From positions 1 through 31,150 of the forward strand of contig CAKZUF010000006.1 of assembly GCA_937921685.1 (NCBI GenBank): a DNA stretch of 31,150 nt, written 5' to 3'. Position 1 is the first letter of the stretch, and every line of letters begins with the position of its first letter. A program made the position numbers and the translations under genes. The notes under the pieces were generated by a model. That model was not told the origin of the DNA and made no database searches. It saw only the letters and a program-made list of their open reading frames with translations. The stretch is from an uncultured archaeon. GTDB taxonomy: Archaea > Thermoproteota > Nitrososphaeria_A > Caldarchaeales > Calditenuaceae. Shown here in pieces: positions 23,833-31,150 of the stretch.

Positions 23833-25101
23833 TTGTTCGAGGAGGATTATAAGCGTCGATTCGTCTTCGGCTGCGATTTCGGCACAAGCGACTACAAGTA
23901 TGGGCCGATAAGTCTGGGCGAGAGACCGCGCCTTATGGAGAATCGGGGGTATTTCCCGGAGAAGAGCATGGTTGCAGAGCTGTTGGGTGGGGGTAGGGAA
24001 GTTGTAGTGGGGGATGAGGTGACACAATTCCTTGGCAGCGGTCAAGACCTGATGAGTAGGCTGGTTTACCCGATGCGTGATGGGATTATAGGCGCTGGAG
24101 ATGAAAGAAGCTGGAAGGTTATCAGGGAGCTGCTGCTGAAGTCTCTGGGCGAGTTCAGGCCCAGCGGGTTCGGCTTTAAGGGCTACTATGTAGTCGCATC
24201 CCTCTCCGCGGTGGCCCCCCTCTACATGTATGAGAAGCTGTTCAGCTATCTTGACGAGATGGCTGAGGAGGGGCTGGTCCACTCCTCGACGCTTATCCCC
24301 CAGCCACTGGCCGTCGCCATAGCGCATAAGCAGACCTCCTGCGTAGTAGTCGAGAGCGGGCATGGGAATACTCAGGTGGCACCCATATCCAAGGCGCCGA
24401 TTCGGGGTGCGGTAGTCGCTTTGAACAGGGGTGGAAGTGAAGCGAACATGATAACTGCTGAGATTTTGAAGGACACGGGCTACGGAGACCTTGCCAAGGA
24501 AGAGAAGGTGGTTAGACGCGTCAAGGAGAAGCTTGGCCTCCTACCACTGGACTTGGATAGGGCCATTAGTTTTGCGCGGAGTAACAAGGAGGCTGTTCGA
24601 GGAACCTACCACATCGAGGGGACCAGGATTAGGATAGATTTGGGAGACCATTCATGGACCAGATTCCTCATTGGTGAGATTGTTTTTAACCCAGGTCACG
24701 AGGTGTTTCAGAGCTACTATAGGCGCGGGATGCCGCGGCCCTCCGACATAAGGATTGGCGATACGGTCTTCTACGGGATGATGGATATGGCAGAAACCGT
24801 AATCAGCGCGGTGGAGAAGTGCCCGGTTGAGCTCCAGCCACTCCTCTACGGCCAGATCATACTCTCGGGTGGGAACTTCTGCTGGACAGCCCCTGCCAAC
24901 CTCAAAGGCGTGGCATGCGACTCTCAGACAAAGCTCCAACACATGCTTCGGGAGAAGGGGATTGAGAATGCATCTGTCGTCTTGAGCCCTGAGCCTCAGT
25001 ATGCCGTCTGGAGGGGTTGTATTGTCTATGGCTATGCCCTACCCCACAGCTATGAGTGGAGCTGGGAGCGCATGGAGGGGTGGCTACATCATAAGGGTTA
25101 G
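23833..25101 (+). CDS. crenactin-type archaeal actin (actin/Hsp70 fold ATPase); TTG start
   Basis: Contains phosphate-1 FGCDFGTSDYKYGP, phosphate-2 VVESGHGNTQVAP and the adenosine motif IILSGGNF. At 422 aa it is close to actin and crenactin in size and is not MreB- or ParM-like. Confidence 0.85.
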   Translation: MFEEDYKRRFVFGCDFGTSDYKYGPISLGERPRLMENRGYFPEKSMVAELLGGGREVVVGDEVTQFLGSGQDLMSRLVYPMRDGIIGAGDERSWKVIRELLLKSLGEFRPSGFGFKGYYVVASLSAVAPLYMYEKLFSYLDEMAEEGLVHSSTLIPQPLAVAIAHKQTSCVVVESGHGNTQVAPISKAPIRGAVVALNRGGSEANMITAEILKDTGYGDLAKEEKVVRRVKEKLGLLPLDLDRAISFARSNKEAVRGTYHIEGTRIRIDLGDHSWTRFLIGEIVFNPGHEVFQSYYRRGMPRPSDIRIGDTVFYGMMDMAETVISAVEKCPVELQPLLYGQIILSGGNFCWTAPANLKGVACDSQTKLQHMLREKGIENASVVLSPEPQYAVWRGCIVYGYALPHSYEWSWERMEGWLHHKG

Positions 25102-25859
25102 TCGGCGACGTCGTAGACTACCTTGAAGCCATTCTCAACCTTGTCAACTCCTCTAATCAATATGCCGCCGACCTCGGCTGTGTTTGCCACGTGGGTCCCT
25201 CCACAGGGTATCGCGTTCACTCCGTCAATCACGATTACCCGGTACGTCTCCAGCTCAGGAAGCCTTGCAAGGTTAGGCGCACCACGGACAGTCTTAAGCA
25301 GCTCACCCCTAGAGACTAAGACAGGATACACTCTCTTAGAGGCTTTGACAACATCGTTTGAGATCTGCGCTAGTGAGGCCGAGTCGATTTCGCCGGCTCT
25401 GCCTATGTATTCCACGAAGCTTTCCGGTGGTCCGTGGAATGCTCTCGAGGATAGTAGGTCCTCCCCTAGTATCTGCACCACCGCGTAGTCTACTATGTGG
25501 CCAGCCGTGTGAAGCCTCATTACTCTGTACCTCCACTCCCACGCTATAGTCATGGAGACTTTCTCGCCCTCCCTCGGCACACCCTCCACGATGTCGCCAT
25601 AGTGTATCACGACGCCCGAGTGCTCCAACACTTTCTTAACTACAGCTTTAAAGTTCACGGACTCTATGGAGCCGGTGTCAGAGGGCTGGGCTCCGCCCTT
25701 AGGATGCATTATCGTGTCGGTAGTCACAAAGTATCCGCTCCTTCTCGTCTCCGGGACGTATCGGAGTAGTGTTGTCTCAGCGGTCTTGAGGTAGGAGTCG
25801 TTTAGATAGAGCTTATTGGTTGGCTGCAGTCCCGCGGATATTGACGACAGACTCACCAT
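25098..25859 (-). CDS. alaX: alanyl-tRNA editing protein AlaX (AlaX-M type)
   Basis: Contains the zinc-binding editing motifs HTAGHIVD (HxxxH) and CGGTHV (CxxxH) after an N-terminal beta-barrel domain. Confidence 0.85.
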   Translation of the reverse strand: MVSLSSISAGLQPTNKLYLNDSYLKTAETTLLRYVPETRRSGYFVTTDTIMHPKGGAQPSDTGSIESVNFKAVVKKVLEHSGVVIHYGDIVEGVPREGEKVSMTIAWEWRYRVMRLHTAGHIVDYAVVQILGEDLLSSRAFHGPPESFVEYIGRAGEIDSASLAQISNDVVKASKRVYPVLVSRGELLKTVRGAPNLARLPELETYRVIVIDGVNAIPCGGTHVANTAEVGGILIRGVDKVENGFKVVYDVAD

Positions 25860-25919
25860 TTTTGGCAGCTATAACATTGTGGCGGGCTTTAAACCATTCT
25901 AAGCCAATCAGACACCTCT

Positions 25920-27035
25920 TCACGTCCCCATGACCTCCATGTAGACACTGCTAGGCGAGGCCTGCAGCGCCCTTAACAGCCACTCAGCCCTCAATACAGC
26001 CCCACCCGAGGCCTTTCTCAGCCTGTTCTTGATAGCCAACCCGACTCCCCTCTCATCCAGCCACCCCTCGGCAACTATGACCTCAACCCCCTCTTCATCC
26101 ATCTCTCTCAGGGACACGAAGAGCCGCCTCGCCGCCTCGAGGGGGTTAGACCTACTCCCCATGTCGCGGACGACATTTGCCCGATAGCTATATCCGTCGC
26201 TTCCTAGGACGCCGACTCTGATTCCGCGAGACATTAACAGGTCCGCAAGTCGAGCAATGGCTCTGCGAACCTCCTCAAGCTCACCCTCGACAACTATTAG
26301 CTTGGCGGTAGGAGCGTAGTGTCTATATTTCATCCCTGGAGAGCGGGGTGTCTCCTCGCCGTGGAGAAGCAGCCCCAGGGCTGAGGGATGGACCTCAACC
26401 TCCCCAATGACTGCTTCTATCTCCTCCCGCGAGACGCCGCCAGGTCGAAGTATAACCGGCTTCTGAGAGGTCAGGTCAATAACAGTGGACTCGACACCGA
26501 TGTCAGTCGGCCCCGCGTCCAGTATCAGGTCTATCTCGTCCCCCAGGTCTTGGAGGACGTGTGCTGCCACTGTGGGGCTCGGTTTCCCCGACTTGTTTGC
26601 ACTGGGCGCGGCTATAGGTCTCCCTGAAGCCTCAATGAGCCTGAGGGCAACATTATGGCGAGGCATCCTGACTGCCGCAGTGTCAAGCCCTGCGACTGTG
26701 GCATCGGGCACGCGAGGCGACCTCTTTACGACTAGCGTGAGCGGGCCTGGCCAGAATCGCTTGGCCAGCTTCTCGGCCCTCCAGTCAACCTCCTCAGCCA
26801 CCGAATAGAGGTCATCGTAACTTGCAATGTGTATTATGAGCGGGTTATCAGGGGGTCTTCCCTTAGCCCTGAAAACCTTTTCAACCGCCCTCGGATTAAG
26901 GGCGTCGGCGCCCAGGCCATATACGGTCTCTGTTGGAAACGCGACGAGCCCCCCCATCCTAATGACCTCGGCCGCATGGCTAATTGCTTCAGGGTCTGGC
27001 GCCTCCCTGTCAACGCGGTATACCCGAGCCCTCAC
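25920..27035 (-). CDS. sua5: L-threonylcarbamoyladenylate synthase Sua5 (TsaC domain plus Sua5 C-terminal domain); GTG start
   Basis: Has the YrdC/TsaC motifs GGLVAFPTETVYGLGADA, KGRPPDNPLIIH and SANKSGKPSPT, plus a C-terminal Sua5 domain of about 130 aa. Confidence 0.9.
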   Translation of the reverse strand: MRARVYRVDREAPDPEAISHAAEVIRMGGLVAFPTETVYGLGADALNPRAVEKVFRAKGRPPDNPLIIHIASYDDLYSVAEEVDWRAEKLAKRFWPGPLTLVVKRSPRVPDATVAGLDTAAVRMPRHNVALRLIEASGRPIAAPSANKSGKPSPTVAAHVLQDLGDEIDLILDAGPTDIGVESTVIDLTSQKPVILRPGGVSREEIEAVIGEVEVHPSALGLLLHGEETPRSPGMKYRHYAPTAKLIVVEGELEEVRRAIARLADLLMSRGIRVGVLGSDGYSYRANVVRDMGSRSNPLEAARRLFVSLREMDEEGVEVIVAEGWLDERGVGLAIKNRLRKASGGAVLRAEWLLRALQASPSSVYMEVMGT

Positions 27036-27070
27036 CGGTCAACTAGTGGGTATCGGTCGCTAAAAAGGTG

Positions 27071-27697
27071 TCACATGGGCATCTTGATAAACTTGGGAGT
27101 CTCAGACAAGAGTAGCGACTGGACCTCCCTCCTCAGCAACTCGATGTTGATGCGGTAATACTCCCCATATTCCCATTGATTTAGATGTTTTAGGGCGGCC
27201 TCGAGTAGTCTGAAATAGGTTGACGCCTCCCCCTTCTGAGCGTGCACAAATGCCGCGGCGATTTTAATTAAGCCGTACAGGACCTCCCTCTCCGCACCCT
27301 TCTTTCCCCGCCAGACCTGTTCGAGGGCCTCGTGGGCCTCCCAGTACCTCTCGTCATTGAAAAGTTCGGCAGCGTGTTCTACCAGTTTTTCGTCTGAGGC
27401 GGCTTGTGGCTCTACTATTTCCCTAAAATACTCAATGGGGGCCCATTTTGCGAGAGCGGAGACAACCGAATCCACGTCACTTGCTAAGACGTCAATCTCA
27501 ACGCGCCTTCTACCAATCCGCACATCTACGAGGCGGCCCTGTGTGTTGGATAAAATTCTTTTAGCCCTGTTGCGGAGTTCTGTGTGAAGCCCAGGTGATG
27601 CTTCCAAGCCTTGAAGCTTCAGCGCGACTATTACTCTAGCCACGGCGTAGATAACCTCTTTAAGTCGGTATATAAGGGGTCTTAGGAGACGCGACAT
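27071..27697 (-). CDS. DUF309-domain protein with an uncharacterised N-terminal domain
   Basis: The C-terminal half, FNDERYWEAHEALEQVWRGKKGAEREVLYGLIKIAAAFVHAQKGE, is the DUF309 signature. The start is uncertain: ATG 27697 or GTG 27727. Confidence 0.6.
   Translation of the reverse strand: MSRLLRPLIYRLKEVIYAVARVIVALKLQGLEASPGLHTELRNRAKRILSNTQGRLVDVRIGRRRVEIDVLASDVDSVVSALAKWAPIEYFREIVEPQAASDEKLVEHAAELFNDERYWEAHEALEQVWRGKKGAEREVLYGLIKIAAAFVHAQKGEASTYFRLLEAALKHLNQWEYGEYYRINIELLRREVQSLLLSETPKFIKMPM
27668..27677 (+). promoter_or_regulatory. TATA box (GTATATAAGG) for the 27696 membrane-protein gene
   Basis: Centred 24 nt upstream of ATG 27696, implying a leaderless mRNA. It lies inside the first codons of the divergent DUF309 gene. 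Confidence 0.5.
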
Positions 27698-29297
27698 GAA
27701 GAATAGTCTGCCCGCGATTATTCTCACCTTTGCCGCCCTCTCAGCCCTTTTCCCAGCAGATACCTGGGCCCAGGGTGAAGGCGTCTTAGTGGAGCGATAT
27801 GTCTCTGTCTCGCCCTATGGACTCGTGTATGTTTGGGATAGTCTCGCAAAAGTTCCCCCGGGTAGTAGCTTCGAGCTGGGAATACCCGGCTCAATATACC
27901 CTAATCTGAAGAACCTCGATGTTAATGGCGCTATACTCTACGGCCGAGGGGAAAAAGACGGTCATACCTACTACAAACTAGTTGCCGAGTCAGAGCAGGT
28001 TACCATAAGGCATGTTTACAGCGGCTTAGTCGCGGGCCGGGGCGGAGACTCATACACCATCACAGCACCCTCCACACCATTCTTCACAGGGATAGACTAT
28101 TCCTCAAACTTATTCATCCAGCTACCCGGCGGAGCGCAAGTCCAAAAAATTCCCAACGGATTCACGCTCAACGGGACAACGCTGGTCCAGTCGGCCGCTA
28201 AGCCCGCTACACCGGAGCCCCAGACAGTCTCCTTCAGCTTCACCTCGACCGCTGTCCAGCTGATAGTTGCAGAAAAGCTCGCCATAGTATACGACTTGGA
28301 CTCCATGATGGTTACAATATGGGTGAAGGTGCGTAACGAAGATTACAGAAGCATAACCTCTCTTTCTCTCAACCTCGCATCTGGGCTTCAAGCCATCGAG
28401 GTGGGGGACTATTCGGGCAGAATAGACTATAGGACGCGCGGAGACGCCGTGACGGTCGACATATATCCCAGCAGGTTTGAGGTCCAGAGTGGGTGGAGAT
28501 ACGAGTTCTATGTCAAGGCAAGGATTCGTGACACCGACATCGCTACGCTATCAGGGGGGGTGGTCTCGTTAGAGACATTTCTACCACTAAATGCGACGAT
28601 AGAAAACTATAACGTCGAGGTGATTCTCCCTAAAGCTCAATCCCCGGCCTCCACCGACTATTTCGCAGAGATATACAAGGATAATGCAGGCCGCGTCGTC
28701 GCCCGGTTCAAAGACGTTATGACCAAACCATACAAGCCTGAAAAACTTGTGTTTGAGACAATCCCCCAGGGAACTCCTCCAATCATACCGCAGGCTCTTA
28801 TTCTCGCAATTCTATTCCTAGGCGTACTCGGCTTCATAGCCTACAGCCACACAGCACGCGTCAGAAAACAAAAACACGGCCCGTCTTTAGACCAAGTCAC
28901 AGCTCAGAAGTTGATGCGCGAATTCAAGGAGCTCAGAGACGTTTTAGAAGAGCTGGACAACGTCGCGAGCATAGGTAAGAGAGACATTAGACATGTCCAG
29001 CTTCAGCCCAGCATATCTAGGCTTAAGTCACGATATGACTCGCTGCTTGAGTCGCTGGGAGGGGTAAAAGGAGAGGAATGGGCTGCCCGCGTTATGAAGA
29101 ATCTGCAGCAAGGCATGGGTCGCGTGAACGAGACGTTAAAAATGTTGAGTAGGAGCTACAGTGAGCTTCAGAGAGGGGAGATCAGTAGGGAGAGCTATCT
29201 GAAGATCTACAGGGCCTTGAGGGGGGATATTAGGGAGTTTATATCCAGTGTTTCCGAGTCCGAGGACGAGGTTAGAAGACTATTGGAGAAGAGATAG
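27696..29297 (+). CDS. type-I membrane glycoprotein-like protein: signal peptide, about 345-aa ectodomain, one TM helix, about 150-aa cytoplasmic coiled-coil tail; possible ribophorin I/OST1-like protein
   Basis: Has the signal peptide MKNSLPAIILTFAALSALFPADTWAQ, the TM segment ALILAILFLGVLGFIAY followed by RVRKQKH, and a charged helical tail. It has the sequons NGT and NAT. The motif PSRFEVQSGWRYEFYV recalls the ribophorin I RPRFPLFGGW block, a comparison made from memory. The confidence given is for the CDS. The family assignment is about 0.35. Confidence 0.75.
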   Translation: MKNSLPAIILTFAALSALFPADTWAQGEGVLVERYVSVSPYGLVYVWDSLAKVPPGSSFELGIPGSIYPNLKNLDVNGAILYGRGEKDGHTYYKLVAESEQVTIRHVYSGLVAGRGGDSYTITAPSTPFFTGIDYSSNLFIQLPGGAQVQKIPNGFTLNGTTLVQSAAKPATPEPQTVSFSFTSTAVQLIVAEKLAIVYDLDSMMVTIWVKVRNEDYRSITSLSLNLASGLQAIEVGDYSGRIDYRTRGDAVTVDIYPSRFEVQSGWRYEFYVKARIRDTDIATLSGGVVSLETFLPLNATIENYNVEVILPKAQSPASTDYFAEIYKDNAGRVVARFKDVMTKPYKPEKLVFETIPQGTPPIIPQALILAILFLGVLGFIAYSHTARVRKQKHGPSLDQVTAQKLMREFKELRDVLEELDNVASIGKRDIRHVQLQPSISRLKSRYDSLLESLGGVKGEEWAARVMKNLQQGMGRVNETLKMLSRSYSELQRGEISRESYLKIYRALRGDIREFISSVSESEDEVRRLLEKR

Positions 29298-30344
29298 TAT
29301 AGCCTTTTCGATAAATGCTGTTGGGTCTTCTAGCGTTCTATACAGCTTTTCCGCCCTTCGCTCAATCTCTCTCCTAGTCCTACTGCTGGTCAGGTGCTCG
29401 GAGATCTTCCCAATCTTCCCGTAGTCTGTGGGCCTGAGGACGATTAGGAGCCCTTTAGACTGTAGGAATCTATGAACGGCTGGTGTTTCGCCGGGGTAAA
29501 AGAGAACTGTCGGCTTTCCGAGTAGCGCCGACTCCTGAGCAATGGTCCCTCCTCCTGAGAGCACAATGGATGCGTTTCTTATGTATGGTAGTGCGAGCAC
29601 CGGCCTAGAGAGAAGCACGACATTCCTCGGCACCCTATCCCTGAGTAGATGGGCTTCACCCTTATACCGGCACAGCACCACGACACGTCTATAGAGCTTG
29701 GAGACCCGCTTCACAACATCCAACACCTCGGCCATTCCGCGCCCCAGAATATATGATGCTTTATACTCTGGAACCCTCACAAGCGCATATTCATCCTCAG
29801 GTGGCTCCGGGGCTTTACCCTCTAGGCGGCTATACCTCCTGATCCATGCAACAGGGTCTAATGCCCTATACTTGAGTATGCTGTGGCGTCTAGCACCCCA
29901 CACAGCCCAGTCGCGATGCCTTATGACGAAGGGTGTGAGTATCTTGGTGGAGATCGGTACACACATCCTGTTGACGGGGGAGTGGGGAGAGTCTGACGCG
30001 AGGAGGTGTGGGATCTGGAGGCCGAAGCATATCCGCGCCATCTCCACCGAGCCGCTCGAGATCGCCACATCGGGCCTCTTGTTTTTTAAATGCTTCAAGA
30101 GAAGCATTTGGCGCTCTGTGCTGGACTCCAGCTTCTCCATAAGGCTTTCACCCCCGAAGCGTCCTAGAACCAGTGCGTCGAGCTCTAAGAGTCGGAGGAT
30201 CCAGTCAAGCTGCTCATATCTCCTCGCAGTAATGAGTGTACTGAGGCCGCGTCTCTCCAGCGACTCGGCAAGGGGCCAGAAGAAGAGAGCCTGCTTTGGA
30301 GTCAGCACCTCCATCCAAACCGTCGTCAATCTCTGACACCACAC
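29280..30344 (-). CDS. DUF354-family protein (GT-B fold glycosyltransferase/epimerase-like)
   Basis: The N-terminus VWMEVLTPKQALFFWPLAESLERRG matches the DUF354 start pattern (IWIDI..P....FF.P.I..L..RG). The C-terminal LSGGGTIAQESALLGKPTVLF is a GT-B nucleotide-sugar-binding-like motif. The start is GTG 30344 or TTG 30329. Confidence 0.7.
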   Translation of the reverse strand: MWCQRLTTVWMEVLTPKQALFFWPLAESLERRGLSTLITARRYEQLDWILRLLELDALVLGRFGGESLMEKLESSTERQMLLLKHLKNKRPDVAISSGSVEMARICFGLQIPHLLASDSPHSPVNRMCVPISTKILTPFVIRHRDWAVWGARRHSILKYRALDPVAWIRRYSRLEGKAPEPPEDEYALVRVPEYKASYILGRGMAEVLDVVKRVSKLYRRVVVLCRYKGEAHLLRDRVPRNVVLLSRPVLALPYIRNASIVLSGGGTIAQESALLGKPTVLFYPGETPAVHRFLQSKGLLIVLRPTDYGKIGKISEHLTSSRTRREIERRAEKLYRTLEDPTAFIEKAILSLLQ

Positions 30345-30832
30345 TTCCCTGGATTCATAAAAAAGGTGTTGGTGTTGAGGGGTTTATAACTGTGTGGCTT
30401 CAGTCCTCAAACCCTATAGTCTCTTCAGGCTCATAGGGCTCAAACTTTGTGTAAATAGTGAGCTGTTTCTCGATGAGATGTATGTTTTTATCGCCCATCT
30501 TTTTATCTCGCCGAAATAGATTCTCCTCATGGCCGTCTCTAACCCCTCTCTCAGATATTCGATACAATATCCTGCGGTATTATCTCGAGGTAGTAGTCCG
30601 TCCCCTCCTCAATCTATTGGAGATGTTCAGGCCTGATGAAATCCGCCACCGCTCGGTAACTCTCCTCTATCTTCTTCTTCAAGCGGCGGTCTTCATGGTG
30701 ATGGTGTAGGTGGATGTATAGGTCGTCGTACGTCTCAGAAAAAGAGTCAAGCCTAACCTGACCCTGCATGTGAAAATGCTCCCTCCACAAACCCCACGGC
30801 ACCTCCAAGTCTCGGGAGGAGGGCCGCCATAA

Positions 30833-31150
30833 CGGGCAAGAGGGGATGGTGAGAAGACAATAGCCTACGTCGACGTTGGCTTCAGAGACGGTAAGGCACA
30901 CCCGGTACTGCTGAAGAATGAGGGGGTGGAGGAGTTTAGGAGGGTTAGAAGCCTATTAGAACTATTAAACCTCCAGGTAAGCGAAGTCTATGTAGATTCA
31001 CTGACGTTCAGGATAATCCCGGAGCTGAGGACATTGACTGAGCATGGTGTCAAGGTCTTCTATTTACGAGATTTGAGACTGTTAAGGGTCTTTAGAGACG
31101 CAAACAAGGTGGTGAAGAGTGATGAAAATGATGCCAGATTACTGTCCCTG
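30833..31150 (+). mobile_element. partial ORF, open to the window end, resembling the N-terminal DEDD domain of IS110-family transposases; no canonical start codon found upstream of GTG at about 30926
   Basis: My translation is ...TIAYVDVGFRDGKAHPVLLKNEGVEEFRRVRSLLELLNLQVSEVYVDSLTFRIIPELRTLTEHGVKVFYLRDLRLLRVFRDANKVVKSDENDARLLSL. The K-x-D-x-x-D-A-R-L-L block after a G-V-x-V segment resembles the IS110 KTDxxDA motif. This ORF is absent from the supplied track because it has no stop in the window. Confidence 0.3.

Noticed and set aside
23800-24363. 187-aa minus-strand ORF inside the crenactin gene
   Set aside because: It lies fully inside a CDS with strong actin-fold motifs, and it has no motif or promoter of its own. 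The same reasoning applies to the antisense ORFs 2284..2889, 6292..6717, 18390..18938, 18952..19341, 25123..25488 and 26485..26808.
30458-30709. 83-aa plus-strand ORF (MSCFSMRCMFLSPIFLSRRNRF...)
   Set aside because: The hydrophobic, Leu/Ser/Arg-rich translation has no motif. It is antisense to the more protein-like, though fragmented, minus-strand frames discussed in the findings.
1-31150. Search for CRISPR arrays, rRNA genes, integrase/att duplications of the tRNA-Gln 3' end, and long inverted or tandem repeats
   Set aside because: By eye I found no regularly spaced direct repeats and no second copy of the tRNA acceptor/T-arm sequence in the window. Apart from the candidate C/D sRNA, no spacer longer than about 150 nt is left unexplained by promoters. 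A computational repeat scan would still be needed to exclude short or degenerate repeats.

Overview
Gene-dense (roughly 90% coding) archaeal chromosomal segment. The best fit is a Thermoproteota (Crenarchaeota) genome of Thermofilum/Thermoproteales type. Supporting this are a tRNA-Gln with two introns (one in the D-loop), a crenactin-type actin, an archaeal histone, EF-1alpha/S7/S10, a crenarchaeal bifunctional PGI/PMI, and TATA boxes about 25-35 nt upstream of most start codons, which implies leaderless or near-leaderless mRNAs with many TTG/GTG starts. Most genes are housekeeping: thrS, tuf, rps7, rps10, gdhA, adkA, trmI, sua5, alaX, an archaeal MiaB-like methylthiotransferase, an FKBP PPIase, PGI/PMI and a CDP-alcohol phosphatidyltransferase. 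I saw no CRISPR array, rRNA or clear defence island. Six regions deserve a second look. (1) 27.7-30.3 kb holds a type-I membrane protein whose topology and a few motifs recall eukaryotic ribophorin I/OST1, convergent with a DUF354 GT-B-like gene. (2) 22.5-25.1 kb holds a histone, a zinc-ribbon coiled-coil protein and crenactin, possibly an arcade-like cytoskeletal module with an undescribed partner. (3) 12.4-15.1 kb holds an overlapping herA-nurA pair with no mre11/rad50 nearby. (4) rps10 is inverted relative to tuf, and their stop codons abut. (5) 20892-20956 is a candidate C/D box sRNA with its own TATA box. (6) The 3' end holds decayed ORFs next to a partial IS110-like ORF. All functional calls come from reading motifs in the supplied translations, and no database search was possible.
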